NCBI GenBank assembly: GCA_965205605.1
Contig: CBDBHE010000004.1
Coordinates: forward strand, 1 to 57,927
Direction: 5' to 3'
Length of the DNA: 57,927 bases
Origin: Spirochaetota bacterium
Lineage (GTDB): Bacteria; Spirochaetota; UBA12135; COTS27; CBDBHE01
Shown in pieces: positions 1 through 10,316 of this stretch. How positions within the stretch are numbered: the stretch's first letter is position 1; each line of letters begins with the position of its first letter. The notes beneath the pieces were generated by a model. That model searched no databases. It was given only the letters and a program-made list of their open reading frames with translations, and was not told the DNA's origin. The translations under genes and the position numbers were made by a program.

Positions 1-1305
1 GATTATGTTTCAAATGAGTTTTTTTTAAATAAAACAAAGTCAAGAAAGCCAACCAATAAACAAATATCTTTTTTTTCTATTCCATTAGTTTCAGGTGCTG
101 AAGTCATCGGTGTAATGATGTTTGATGAATCTTTTGAAGATAAAAAAAATTTTAACACAACATTTAATTTTTTGAAAATTTTAGGAGGACATATTGAAAA
201 AGCTCTTCAAATTCATTTTTTAGCTTATCAAGAAAAAATAGAAATTGAAAAAGAAAATATTAATTTGAGAAATATTTTAACTAAAAATCAATATGATTTT
301 AAAGAAATTATCGGTAGAAGTAAGCAAATTAATTTAGTACTCAATCAAATTAAAATCCTTAGTGAATCTTCTGCTACGATTTTAATTACAGGAGAAAGTG
401 GGACGGGGAAAGAATTAGTGGCTTCATCAATTCATTCGTATGGAAATAGAAAAAACAAACCTTTTTTAGCCATTAATTGTGCTGCTATTCCTGAAGCTCT
501 TTTTGAATCAGAGCTTTTCGGTCATAAAAAAGGAGCTTTTACAGGAGCGTATGAAAATAAATTAGGTAAATTTCAATTGGCTCATGAAGGAACTCTTTTT
601 CTTGATGAAATAGGAGAAATGCCTTTGTTACTGCAATCAAAGCTTTTAAGAGTCCTTCAAGAAGGAAAGTTTGCTCCATTAGGTTCTAGCAAAGAAGAAG
701 AAGTGGATGTTAGAGTCATTACAGCGACCAACCAGTATTTATTTGATTTAATTGAAAAAAAAAAATTTAGAGAAGACCTTTACTATCGTTTATCAACAGT
801 GCCCATTCATTTGCCTTCTTTGAGAGAGAGAAAAGAAGATATTCCTCTTTTAGTGGATTTTTTTTTAAAAGAATATCGAAAAAAATTAAAAAAACCTAAA
901 ATTAACATAGGATCAAAAGCGTTTAGAAAATTAATAAAAGCTCCTTGGAAAGGGAATATTAGAGAACTTAAAAATGTCATTGAACGTTCGATCCTTTTTT
1001 CTGAAAAAAATTTAATTACAGAAATTTATTTTGATGAAGAAAGAAAAGATACTTTTAAAATAAAAGAAAATTTTGGCAATTTAGAATTAACAAACGAAAC
1101 AAAAAAAAAAACTGTGTTAGACTCTATTTTTGGAGAAGGAATGAATCTAAAAAAATATCGAAACCAATATGAAAAAAAATTTATTGAAAGTGCTCTTAGA
1201 CAAAATAAAGGAATTTCTTTAATCACAGCTAAAAAATTAGGAATCTCTAGAGAAACTCTTAGAAAAAGAATCCGAGAGCTTAAAATCAATATTTATAGTG
1301 AATAA
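1..1305 (+). CDS. Sigma54-dependent transcriptional activator (bEBP, GAF-AAA+-Fis HTH type), 5' end outside window
   Basis: Frame open from base 1; Walker A GESGTGKE, GAFTGA loop, Walker B LFLDEIGE, FREDLYYRL, WKGNIREL, C-terminal HTH (TAKKLGISRETL). Confidence 0.93.
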   Translation, partial: DYVSNEFFLNKTKSRKPTNKQISFFSIPLVSGAEVIGVMMFDESFEDKKNFNTTFNFLKILGGHIEKALQIHFLAYQEKIEIEKENINLRNILTKNQYDFKEIIGRSKQINLVLNQIKILSESSATILITGESGTGKELVASSIHSYGNRKNKPFLAINCAAIPEALFESELFGHKKGAFTGAYENKLGKFQLAHEGTLFLDEIGEMPLLLQSKLLRVLQEGKFAPLGSSKEEEVDVRVITATNQYLFDLIEKKKFREDLYYRLSTVPIHLPSLRERKEDIPLLVDFFLKEYRKKLKKPKINIGSKAFRKLIKAPWKGNIRELKNVIERSILFSEKNLITEIYFDEERKDTFKIKENFGNLELTNETKKKTVLDSIFGEGMNLKKYRNQYEKKFIESALRQNKGISLITAKKLGISRETLRKRIRELKINIYSE

Positions 1306-1360
1306 AAAATAAACACATAATCTTTAATTTTACTCTTTTAAGTATCGAAAATAAAAGTAT

Positions 1361-3295
1361 ATGAAATTTTTTTTTTATACTTTTTTACTTATTTTCTTAG
1401 CTCCTTTTGCTACTAGCAATCATCAATTTTTAATTAACTTCAAGTATTTCAAAGAAATTTCTCTTCAAATTGAAGAAGGAAAATTACCGTATAATCGCTA
1501 TAAAATTAAATTTATTGAAGCTAAAGATGAAATAAAAAAAATTGATAAAAATTATTATAAGTTATTTTATGATGAACTTTTATACGTTCGTTTAATTGAA
1601 CGTTATATTCATTCTACTCTTAATTGGTGTATTTTTTTTGATGAAGAAAAAAAATTTTATCGTTATGAAGAATTTTTTCAAGGAAAAAAAATAAAAGAAA
1701 TGAATTTTAATTCTATAGGAGTTTTGCTCAATACCATTAAATGGGACCCAATTCAAAATGAAAAAAAAGAAAGTAAATATTTTTATAACTTTAAAAAAAA
1801 ATTAATCAAAAAACAAAGATTCATTGACAATGACTTTTTTCAAGAAAGAAAATTGGTTTATTTAAAAGAGAACCGATACCAAGAACATGTTTTTGATCGT
1901 TTAAAAAAATATTGGGGTTATTTAGAGACTTCATTAAATGAAGTTAATTTGTTAGATACTGATTTAAAAACTAAAAATTATTTTATTTATAATAAAAATC
2001 GTCAACTTGTAAAGCATGATATACATACTTTTTTTAAAGACACTGTCATGATTTATGAAAAAAATAATAATACTTTACATATTAATCGATATGAAAATAA
2101 AGATAAAATTTTAATAGAAAGAATTTCTAGATATGTTGGTTTAAATAAAAATAGACTTAAAGTTCGTTATTATAACCGAATCATGTCGAAATATGATAAA
2201 AAAATTTTTAAAGAAAAATCTTCTTTAGAAAATGTGTTTTTGTTTCATTACTACTTTTGGGATGCTAATTTTTCACTTGTTAAAGAAGAAGTCGTTAATT
2301 TAAATGAAGCTCAAAAGATTGTAGAAAAAGTAACCATTAAAAAAACAAATACTACCATTAAAGTCATTACTAAATCCATGGAAAATGGGGTTTTTTTTAA
2401 ACTTTATTTTGATGAAAACAAATTTATTTCAAAAAAAAATATTTATAATAAAGAACATTTTTTTTTAGGCTCATATCATTATTTTTATGATGATTTTAAA
2501 AGAATTAAAAGAGAAGATTTTTATAATTCATCTCAAAAATTAGATAAAAGTACTTTATTTTTTTATAGGAATAATTTAAGTAAAAAAGAAATTAATGAAT
2601 TTGAAAAATATTTAAATACGTATGGAAGAGAAGGATTTCATTTTATGGGGCGAGCTATTTTAGAAAATCTTTTTTATGAGAACCTATATCCAAATAGTGA
2701 GTATTCATTCCCTAATTTTAATGAGCAAAAAAAAGAATTAATTAAATCTCTAAAAACTATTTTTAATGTGGGTTTTTCCAAAGTTATTTTTTTAGATGGA
2801 AAAGGAAATATTATTAATTATATTCGTATTGATTCTGGTCGTTTAAATGAAGATGAAAATTTTTTAACTTTTCGTTATTATGATCGTTCAATTAATTTTT
2901 TTTATTCTTCTGAAATAAGCTTTCAATCTTATGAAGAAAGTAAAAAACACCTTAATTCTTCTAAAATAGGTATTGGTGAAGGGAGTCAAAATAAAGTAAC
3001 AACTGCTATTGATACAAAAAGCAAAGTTAATAAAAAGAATTTTTTAACCCTCGCTGATGATGGAATTAACAAATTAGCTCACAAAGGAATTGAATTTTTG
3101 AGAGAAAAATTGATATTAGTTTATTCAAATAATGAAAGATATCCTTCTAGAGCAAATTGGTTTAAGTATAACACAGAAGATGGATCTATTGTTGAAGAAA
3201 TTAAAATTAACAATAACCGAGTTACTATTAAAAGAAAACCAAGAGGGGCTAAGAAAAATATTCAAGAATATTTAAAAGTTATTAGTGCACAATAA
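1361..3295 (+). CDS. Hypothetical exported protein, Tyr/Lys/Phe-rich, possibly beta-repeat (YD/MORN-like)
   Basis: 644-aa ORF with N-terminal signal peptide; no confident family motif. Confidence 0.6.
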   Translation: MKFFFYTFLLIFLAPFATSNHQFLINFKYFKEISLQIEEGKLPYNRYKIKFIEAKDEIKKIDKNYYKLFYDELLYVRLIERYIHSTLNWCIFFDEEKKFYRYEEFFQGKKIKEMNFNSIGVLLNTIKWDPIQNEKKESKYFYNFKKKLIKKQRFIDNDFFQERKLVYLKENRYQEHVFDRLKKYWGYLETSLNEVNLLDTDLKTKNYFIYNKNRQLVKHDIHTFFKDTVMIYEKNNNTLHINRYENKDKILIERISRYVGLNKNRLKVRYYNRIMSKYDKKIFKEKSSLENVFLFHYYFWDANFSLVKEEVVNLNEAQKIVEKVTIKKTNTTIKVITKSMENGVFFKLYFDENKFISKKNIYNKEHFFLGSYHYFYDDFKRIKREDFYNSSQKLDKSTLFFYRNNLSKKEINEFEKYLNTYGREGFHFMGRAILENLFYENLYPNSEYSFPNFNEQKKELIKSLKTIFNVGFSKVIFLDGKGNIINYIRIDSGRLNEDENFLTFRYYDRSINFFYSSEISFQSYEESKKHLNSSKIGIGEGSQNKVTTAIDTKSKVNKKNFLTLADDGINKLAHKGIEFLREKLILVYSNNERYPSRANWFKYNTEDGSIVEEIKINNNRVTIKRKPRGAKKNIQEYLKVISAQ

Positions 3296-3310
3296 AATGC
3301 TTTATTTATT

Positions 3311-4477
3311 ATGAAATTTATTCTTAATTTTTTATTTTTTATTTTATTTCTTTTTGGAAATGAAGTTGTTTTTTCTCAAGAAAACCATTCTTTTGGTTTT
3401 ATAGAAGAATATTATTCTCATTTTAAAATCAACCCAAGAGATTATTCTTTTTTTTTAAGTGGAAAAATGGAAAAGGGTGAAATAAAAAATGTTTGGAAAA
3501 GAAAAATTTTATTTGATTATAAAAAAGGTTATTATACAAATACTTCTTATTTTCTTAAAAATAAAAATATATATATTCGTCTTTTAAGGGATGAAGAGGG
3601 GAAGATATTGTATTTGTATAACCATATGTTCTCAGATAAGGTACAGAAATATGAATTTATTTATAATTTATCAGGGCATTTAAATACTATTAATATCTTT
3701 AAAAACGATTTATTTAAAGAAAAAAGAATCATCAAAAGAAAAAATGGAAAAATTATTTCTATCTTTTGGTATAATCAAAACCATTTAGTAAAATATTTTG
3801 ATAGTTACTACTATTTTAATGACAATGAAACTCTTATTTTAAGATTTTTTGCTAATAATGAACTCAAAGAAATTAATTGGTATAAAAAAATCAATGATAT
3901 CACTTATTATAAAAAAAGAGTTTATAAAGAAAAACCAGTTACTTTTTTGAGTAAAAATATAAAAAAAAAACCAATAATTATTTCCCAGATTTTTTCGTTT
4001 CGTTTCGATACTTGGAAAGATTATAAGAAAGAAAAGATTAGCTTTTTTTTAAATAACTTTCATGTTATTTTTGAGCATCGAGATAAAAATATTCCAACGG
4101 TTTCTTACTTTGATCGAGGGATTCTTTTAAAAAGAATCATCCCAATTGAAGCTAAAAAACACCTAAATAGAGAGACGATTGTTGAAACAATTCAAAATAA
4201 TGAATTACTTTGGGATGATTTTTATATTGAGGAATGGGACTGGCTTAATAAAACCTATTTTAAAAAGAAAACGATTATTGGAAGACTGCTTAGAGAGGAA
4301 AAAGTGACTCAAAATAAAGCAGAACTTTTTAAAAAAATTTATTATTATTATGATAATCATTCTTTAAAATCCATCTTTTTTTATGCAGAAGAAAAATTAC
4401 TTAAACGTTATTTATTTCCTATCAAAGAGAAAATGAATGCAGTCACTCTTAAATCTTTCCAAAAAGAATACTATTGA
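3311..4477 (+). CDS. Hypothetical exported protein, Tyr-rich beta-repeat-like
   Basis: 388-aa ORF with signal peptide (MKFILNFLFFILFLFG...FSQE). Confidence 0.6.
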   Translation: MKFILNFLFFILFLFGNEVVFSQENHSFGFIEEYYSHFKINPRDYSFFLSGKMEKGEIKNVWKRKILFDYKKGYYTNTSYFLKNKNIYIRLLRDEEGKILYLYNHMFSDKVQKYEFIYNLSGHLNTINIFKNDLFKEKRIIKRKNGKIISIFWYNQNHLVKYFDSYYYFNDNETLILRFFANNELKEINWYKKINDITYYKKRVYKEKPVTFLSKNIKKKPIIISQIFSFRFDTWKDYKKEKISFFLNNFHVIFEHRDKNIPTVSYFDRGILLKRIIPIEAKKHLNRETIVETIQNNELLWDDFYIEEWDWLNKTYFKKKTIIGRLLREEKVTQNKAELFKKIYYYYDNHSLKSIFFYAEEKLLKRYLFPIKEKMNAVTLKSFQKEYY

Positions 4478-5351
4478 AATATTAAAAAATTTCAATAAAA
4501 AGCCTTTAAAGAGTTTAGGGCAAAATTATCTTATTGACTTTAATATTGTTAACAAATTTTTTTCTTTTTGTAATTTCCCTTTAAAAGATAGTTTAATTAT
4601 TGAAATAGGTCCTGGAATAGGGGCTTTGACAAAAGTTTTTTTATCAAAAGGTTATAAAATATTAGCTATTGAAATTGATTCTTTTTCAATCAATATTTTA
4701 ATGAATCTTTTTAAATTAAAGTCTACTGGAGACATGAATTCTTTTAAGCAAAATCAATCTTCTTTCTTACTTTTTCAAGAAGATTTTATGAAATTTGATT
4801 TAGAAAAACAAGTAAAAGATTTTTCTTCAGAAATCTTTATAATCGGAAGTTTGCCTTATTATCTAACATCTTCTATTTTATTTAAATTATTTGAAAAAAA
4901 ACCTTTGATTAAAGAAATGGTTTTTATTATTCAAAAGGAAGTTGTTGAAAGAATTACTTCAAAAGAAAATTCAAAACAATATGGACTGCTATCTGTTATT
5001 TCTAGGTATTTTTATCATATTAAAAAAGGATTTTTAATTCAAAAAAATGCTTTTTATCCTATTCCCAAGGTTGAAAGTAGAGTAATTTATTTTAAACTTA
5101 AAGAAGACATTCCTAAAATTAATTATTTTTTATTTAAAAGTATTGTTAAATCTGCTTTTAATCAAAGAAGAAAACAATTGATGAAAGCGTTAAATACTTC
5201 TCCTCTAGTGACTTTTAATAAAGAGATCATTGATAAAACATTTAATTGTTTTCCCAATATGAAAACTATGAGAGCTGATCAAATTTCTTTTGAAAATTAT
5301 TTAGAGTTTTCAGAGAAATATGAGTTTTTTTTAACAAATGTTTCGAATTAA
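4437..5351 (+). CDS. rsmA: 16S rRNA m6,2A dimethyltransferase RsmA/KsgA
   Basis: KSLGQNYL, IEIGPGIGALT, IEID, SLPYY, FYPIPKVES, FNQRRKQL motifs. Confidence 0.95.
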   Translation: MQSLLNLSKKNTIEILKNFNKKPLKSLGQNYLIDFNIVNKFFSFCNFPLKDSLIIEIGPGIGALTKVFLSKGYKILAIEIDSFSINILMNLFKLKSTGDMNSFKQNQSSFLLFQEDFMKFDLEKQVKDFSSEIFIIGSLPYYLTSSILFKLFEKKPLIKEMVFIIQKEVVERITSKENSKQYGLLSVISRYFYHIKKGFLIQKNAFYPIPKVESRVIYFKLKEDIPKINYFLFKSIVKSAFNQRRKQLMKALNTSPLVTFNKEIIDKTFNCFPNMKTMRADQISFENYLEFSEKYEFFLTNVSN

Positions 5352-5928
5352 AAAAATTAGTCAAATACCAGTACGTTTTGGCCTTTTTAAAAAAGGAATA
5401 CTTTTATTTTCTATTTCTAAATCAATTTTAAAGACGTTTAATCTAAGCTTAGAGCTTGATTTTTTTATTGATTCAAATCAAGTAGAAGAAATCAAACAAA
5501 AAGAAAAAATCAACCTTCAATTAGAAATGTTTGACTATTTATCAAAATCTGAAAAATCTCCTTATCATTTAAATTTTTGGTTAGAAAAAAGGAAGCTTTG
5601 TGGAGAATGGGTTGAAACATTAACTGAAAAAGCAATTGAAGCAGGTTTTTTATCTAGAAAAAGATATCTAGAGAGGTATTTAGAGAAACGAATTCAACAA
5701 GGGAAGCCTTTTTGGATTGTGAAACAAGAAATAAAAGCTCTAGGGTTAATTTTAAACGATCTTGAAACGATTAATTATGATGATAAAATTGCTATTGATC
5801 ATTTGTTAAAAAGAAAAGGTTTAAAAAAAAAAGCTACTAAAGCTAGTGAGTTAAAAAATTTTCTTTTAAAAAAAGGTTTTAGGTATGGTGTGATTGAAGA
5901 TTATTTAAATCAATTATCTGAAAGTTAA
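5338..5928 (+). CDS. RecX-like regulatory protein (divergent)
   Basis: About 196 aa helical protein ending ...NFLLKKGFRYGVI resembling the RecX C-terminal repeat. Confidence 0.5.
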   Translation: MFRIKKISQIPVRFGLFKKGILLFSISKSILKTFNLSLELDFFIDSNQVEEIKQKEKINLQLEMFDYLSKSEKSPYHLNFWLEKRKLCGEWVETLTEKAIEAGFLSRKRYLERYLEKRIQQGKPFWIVKQEIKALGLILNDLETINYDDKIAIDHLLKRKGLKKKATKASELKNFLLKKGFRYGVIEDYLNQLSES

Positions 5929-5946
5929 GAAAATTAAAGTTGTTTT

Positions 5947-6984
5947 TCAAATCATCTGAAGCTTAATTAAAGAACTTTTATAAAGAAGATACACATAATT
6001 TAAACAAATTAAAGCAGCTAAAAATTGATGCGAAACGGCTATAATAAGATGATTATTTGTAACAATCGTTAAGATACCGAAAACAGTTTGAACTAAAATA
6101 AAGATGGTTAATAAGATAATAGCAAAAGTTAAATCAAAAGAGGAGGGGATTCGTTTCTTTGAAAATAAAAAAAGACAACAATAAAAGCAAGAAAACAATA
6201 AAAAAAATAATCCTAAAAATCGGTGAATAAAGTGAATCATAATAGGATTTTTAATCAAATTGAACACGGGATTATTTAAAGCAAAAATGCCTTGTGGGAT
6301 CCATTGCCCATTCATTTTTGGAAAAGTATGACTAATGAGCCCTGCTTTTAATCCAGCCATCATTGTTCCAAAAAAAAGTTGTAAAATAAGAAGAACTCCT
6401 AAAAAAATAAATATCTTTGAAAAAGGAAATTTTTTTTTAATAAGTTTTTTATTTGTGTAACTTAAGCAAAGAAGAAAAGAAAATGATAAAAAAATAATCG
6501 CTAAAAAGAAATGTAAAGAAAGTCTATAATGACTTACTTTTGGGGTGTTCACAAGCCCACTTTTTACCATATACCAACCAATAATTCCTTGAAAACAAAC
6601 TAGAAAAAATAAAATTGTGAAAAATTGATTTTCTTTTTTTGAATTTTTTCTTTTCCAAAAAAAATATAAAAAAGGAAAAAGTAAAAATAAACCTATAAAA
6701 CGACCTAGCATTCGATGAGAGTATTCCATAAAAAAAATAAATTGAAATTGATTCATTGAAATATAAGAATTGATTATTTTTCCTTCTGGAGATTGTTTAT
6801 AATCGTCAAAGGTTTTAATCCAATGTTGGTTACTTAAAGGGGGTATTATTCCTCGTACAGGTTTCCAATAAGTCATTGAGAGCCCAGAGTCTGTTAATCT
6901 TGTTAACCCACCTATAATTATAATGAAGAGAGTTAGGATGGTTAATGACAAAAGCCAATAAAATTTGATTTTTTGATAATACAT
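5947..6984 (-). CDS. ctaA: Heme A synthase (COX15/CtaA)
   Basis: GGLTRLTDSGLSM, EYSHRMLGR, GWYMVKSGL, HYRLSLH, HFIHR motifs; multiple TM helices. Confidence 0.93.
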   Translation of the reverse strand: MYYQKIKFYWLLSLTILTLFIIIIGGLTRLTDSGLSMTYWKPVRGIIPPLSNQHWIKTFDDYKQSPEGKIINSYISMNQFQFIFFMEYSHRMLGRFIGLFLLFPFLYFFWKRKNSKKENQFFTILFFLVCFQGIIGWYMVKSGLVNTPKVSHYRLSLHFFLAIIFLSFSFLLCLSYTNKKLIKKKFPFSKIFIFLGVLLILQLFFGTMMAGLKAGLISHTFPKMNGQWIPQGIFALNNPVFNLIKNPIMIHFIHRFLGLFFLLFSCFYCCLFLFSKKRIPSSFDLTFAIILLTIFILVQTVFGILTIVTNNHLIIAVSHQFLAALICLNYVYLLYKSSLIKLQMI

Positions 6985-7084
6985 AAAAAAAAATTATAAC
7001 TTTTAGTTTTAAAAATTGCACTTAATAAAAATCAAAGGATACCGTTTATTAAGGTATCGTTTTTTTTAATGAGAATATTTATTT

Positions 7085-7933
7085 ATGGTTAGAGGAATTT
7101 ACACAGGGGCTAGCTCAATGGTTTCAAAAATGATAGAAATGAATGTTATTGCCAATAACCTAGCTAATGTTAATACAACAGGATTTAAAAGAGATCAAAC
7201 TTTATTTAAAGCGTTTCCTGAAATGCTGATTCGCCGTACAAATGATAATGGAGTTCATTCATTTCCTTTAGGTTCTTGGGATACAAGACCTGTTGTTGGA
7301 AAGCTTGGTACAGGTGTTGAAACAAACGAACTTTATACTCGAAGAGAACAAGGTAGTTTGACTCAAACAAGAAATAATCTCGATATAGCTCTAGAAGGAA
7401 AAAAAGGATTTTTTGTTATTTTAACAGGTCAAGGGGAACGATATTCAAGAAATGGTTCTTTTACAATTAATAAAGAAGGTCTTTTAGTCACAAAAGAAGG
7501 AGATCTGGTTTTGGGTAAAAAGGGCCCTATTTATGTTAAACATAACAATATTTTAGTTAGTGATCGAGGTGAAGTTCATGTTGATGAAAATCTTCAGGAG
7601 GATAAAAAAAGACCTGTACAAGCAAAAGAAAATAGTTTTAAAAATGCTATTTTGCTCGATGAATTACAAATTGTTGATTTTCCAAGAACTCGTTATTTAA
7701 AAAAAGAAGGTCATTCTTTTTTCTCTAGCACTAATGAATCAGGTAAAAGTTTTGAGCTTATAAAACAACGTCCTTTAGTCAAACAAGGGTTTTTAGAAAA
7801 TTCTAACGTTAATGCCATTAATGAGATGGTTCAAATGATAACAGTCCAAAGAGCTTATGAAGCTTCTCAAAAAACAATTACCGCTCATGATGATTTACTT
7901 GATAAGCTAATTAATAAAATGACACGTGTTTGA
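7085..7933 (+). CDS. Flagellar basal-body rod protein (FlgF/FlgG/FlhO family), spirochaete type
   Basis: IANNLANVNTTGFK, YSRNGSF, QGFLENSNVN, QRAYEASQK; FPEMLIRR...VGKLGTGVE insert typical of spirochaete homologues. Confidence 0.9.
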   Translation: MVRGIYTGASSMVSKMIEMNVIANNLANVNTTGFKRDQTLFKAFPEMLIRRTNDNGVHSFPLGSWDTRPVVGKLGTGVETNELYTRREQGSLTQTRNNLDIALEGKKGFFVILTGQGERYSRNGSFTINKEGLLVTKEGDLVLGKKGPIYVKHNNILVSDRGEVHVDENLQEDKKRPVQAKENSFKNAILLDELQIVDFPRTRYLKKEGHSFFSSTNESGKSFELIKQRPLVKQGFLENSNVNAINEMVQMITVQRAYEASQKTITAHDDLLDKLINKMTRV

Positions 7934-8775
7934 TTTTTTTAAAAATTAATAAAAATTATTATATTATTTTTATAGCAATTATTTGCTTTTTTAATTTCCT
8001 TTTTTCTAATGAAACCGTCTTGGAAAAAGTCATTAGAGAAAGAAAAATCAAGCGAGCTCAACATAATAATAATCCTCATTTTCAATATCAACTCATTCCT
8101 TTCATATCAACTGATTCTAATCAAAAAAAAATCTTGTTATCTGTTTTAGAAAAAGGATACAAAAGAAGAACTAAAGAAAAAAATATTTTATTTAATTTAG
8201 ATTCTAAAGTGATTGATATTTATGAAACTTTTTTTCCTAGTAGGAGTCGATCTATAAAAAAAGAATTAATCAAAAAACATAAGCTTTTAAAAAAAAATCT
8301 TTATCCTTTTCCATTAGCAATTGATCGTATTTCTGACCTTAATAAAAATTATGAAATTCTTTTTTTTAGTTATCATGGAAAAGAAAATTATTTTGACTTT
8401 ACCTTAGAAAATGGAAAAAAAAAATATTTTATTTTTCGATATATTTCTTCACAACTTCTTATAAAACCTTTAAAAGTGATTTCTGTTTATAAAGCTTTTG
8501 ATGATGTTTTTATTGTTCTTATTGAAGAAAGGTTTTACGGGAAAGAAAAGTTATTAACTATTAAACAAACTCCTTTAGTTTTAAATATTAAAGAAATTTT
8601 AAATAATCCTCATTATCAAATCTTTATCGAATCAGAGTGGAAATTGAAAGAAAAACAAAGTAAGATAAAATACTTTACTTATTTTTTTTATAAAGAAAAC
8701 CTAAAATCTTCTTATAAAAATCGACAATTTAAAATCAATGGAAGATTAATCGAAAATTTTTCTTTAAAAGATTGA
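7930..8775 (+). CDS. Hypothetical exported protein
   Basis: 281-aa ORF, hydrophobic N-terminus, overlaps upstream stop. Confidence 0.6.
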   Translation: MIFLKINKNYYIIFIAIICFFNFLFSNETVLEKVIRERKIKRAQHNNNPHFQYQLIPFISTDSNQKKILLSVLEKGYKRRTKEKNILFNLDSKVIDIYETFFPSRSRSIKKELIKKHKLLKKNLYPFPLAIDRISDLNKNYEILFFSYHGKENYFDFTLENGKKKYFIFRYISSQLLIKPLKVISVYKAFDDVFIVLIEERFYGKEKLLTIKQTPLVLNIKEILNNPHYQIFIESEWKLKEKQSKIKYFTYFFYKENLKSSYKNRQFKINGRLIENFSLKD

Positions 8776-8794
8776 TGAAAATTATTTTAAACAA

Positions 8795-9382
8795 GTGGGG
8801 ATTTTTTTAATTATGCCTCTTTTTGTTAATAGTGAAAGGGTTGAAGATAAGGAAATTTATAAAGAATTTGATTTTATTTTAAAAACTCTTTCAAAAAAAA
8901 ATGCTGACTTTGATGAAAATTTGATACAAGGAGCTAGAGTTTTAGCTAAAAAAAACGTTCTTAAAAGAACTTTGATTAGACAAGAAGTTGAAAATAATCC
9001 TGATATTGATATCTCTTATAAAGAAATAGAATCTCATTTTAAAAAAATAAAAAAACATTTTGGTGGTAATGAAAAATTTGAAAAAACTTTTAAAGAAAAT
9101 AAAAAAAATGACTTGGAAATTAAAAAAAATATAGAACTTAGTTTAAAAGTAGATGGCTTAATTGAAAAATGGTCTAAAGAGGAGATTGAGTCTTCTAAAG
9201 AAGAAATCGAACTTTTTTATAAAAACAATCAAAATACTTTTTACAAAAATAACTCTTATGAAGAAATAAAATCTGTGGTTGAAAAAGATTTAATACAACG
9301 CAAGAAAAATATCTTAATCAAAAAAAAAATAGCAGAATTAAAAAATAAAGCAAAAATTATTGATCAAGTTATTCTTAAATAA
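8795..9382 (+). CDS. SurA N-terminal/PrsA-like chaperone domain protein (true start may be 8775, see findings)
   Basis: ISYKEIESHFKKIKKHFGGNEKFEK...EEIELFYKNN pattern of SurA_N/PrsA-like helical domain. Confidence 0.6.
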   Translation: MGIFLIMPLFVNSERVEDKEIYKEFDFILKTLSKKNADFDENLIQGARVLAKKNVLKRTLIRQEVENNPDIDISYKEIESHFKKIKKHFGGNEKFEKTFKENKKNDLEIKKNIELSLKVDGLIEKWSKEEIESSKEEIELFYKNNQNTFYKNNSYEEIKSVVEKDLIQRKKNILIKKKIAELKNKAKIIDQVILK

Positions 9383-10316
9383 TCGAGCAAATAATCAAAA
9401 TATAAGTTACAAAAATAGTTGGAATAGAACTATCTACTCGATCTAAAACACCTCCATGTCCTAAAACAATTTTTCCAGAATTTTTTATTCCACTACTTCT
9501 TTTTAAAACAGAAGCTAACAAATCTCCCGTTTGACAAATCGTAGCAAGAAACCAAGTACACCCAATACCATACCAATAAGGTTTGCCAAAAACAGTAGAT
9601 ATTAAAAACTGAGGGTGTAAATTTTTCATTGTAAATACAAGTATATAGTACGCCACTAAAGAGAGTAATAATCCCCCTAAAATCCCTTCCCAAGATTTTT
9701 TTGGAGAAACAAAAAGACCTAATTTAGATTTTCCAAATTTCTTTCCTATAAAATAAGCTCCCGAATCATACCCCCAACAAATTAATATCGGATATAAAAG
9801 ATAATAAACACTCAGCAGGTTACCTTCTGCTATAGATTTAATTGGGAATCTAAATTCATAAAAATTAAGGTGTAAATACCTAACTTCAATAATGTATGAA
9901 AACATAATAGTTGTGTAGAGAAAAGTAAAGGTTAAAAAAGAAATATTTTTAAGGCTACTTTTAAATAATTTATTGAAAATATTAAATACCCCTTCTAAAG
10001 TCATTAAAGCTAAAACAAGAAATATAATAATATCCCCTAAACTAAAAGGAGCAAAGCTTATCTTATTTAAGTAAGTATTGTATTTAACCCAGTAAACGAT
10101 TAACATAAAAAGATAAACAGGGGATTTTAAAAACCAATTTAAATTTTTAGTGAATTTTAAAAGTTCATAAATTAAAGAAAAAGAAATTAGAGTAATCAGA
10201 ATAAAAAAAACAATAGGGGGAGCAAAAATAATAACCCATAAAATAAAAGGAATTAAAAGAGCTGAAGTAGCGAGTCGTAAAAATAACATTTGATTCTTCT
10301 TGTTTTTAAGCCCCAA
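9375..10316 (-). CDS. cdsA: Phosphatidate cytidylyltransferase
   Basis: DSGAYFIG, SPKKSWEG, GDLLASVLKR, GHGGVLDRVDS motifs; follows uppS. Confidence 0.95.
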   Translation of the reverse strand: MGLKNKKNQMLFLRLATSALLIPFILWVIIFAPPIVFFILITLISFSLIYELLKFTKNLNWFLKSPVYLFMLIVYWVKYNTYLNKISFAPFSLGDIIIFLVLALMTLEGVFNIFNKLFKSSLKNISFLTFTFLYTTIMFSYIIEVRYLHLNFYEFRFPIKSIAEGNLLSVYYLLYPILICWGYDSGAYFIGKKFGKSKLGLFVSPKKSWEGILGGLLLSLVAYYILVFTMKNLHPQFLISTVFGKPYWYGIGCTWFLATICQTGDLLASVLKRSSGIKNSGKIVLGHGGVLDRVDSSIPTIFVTYILIICSII

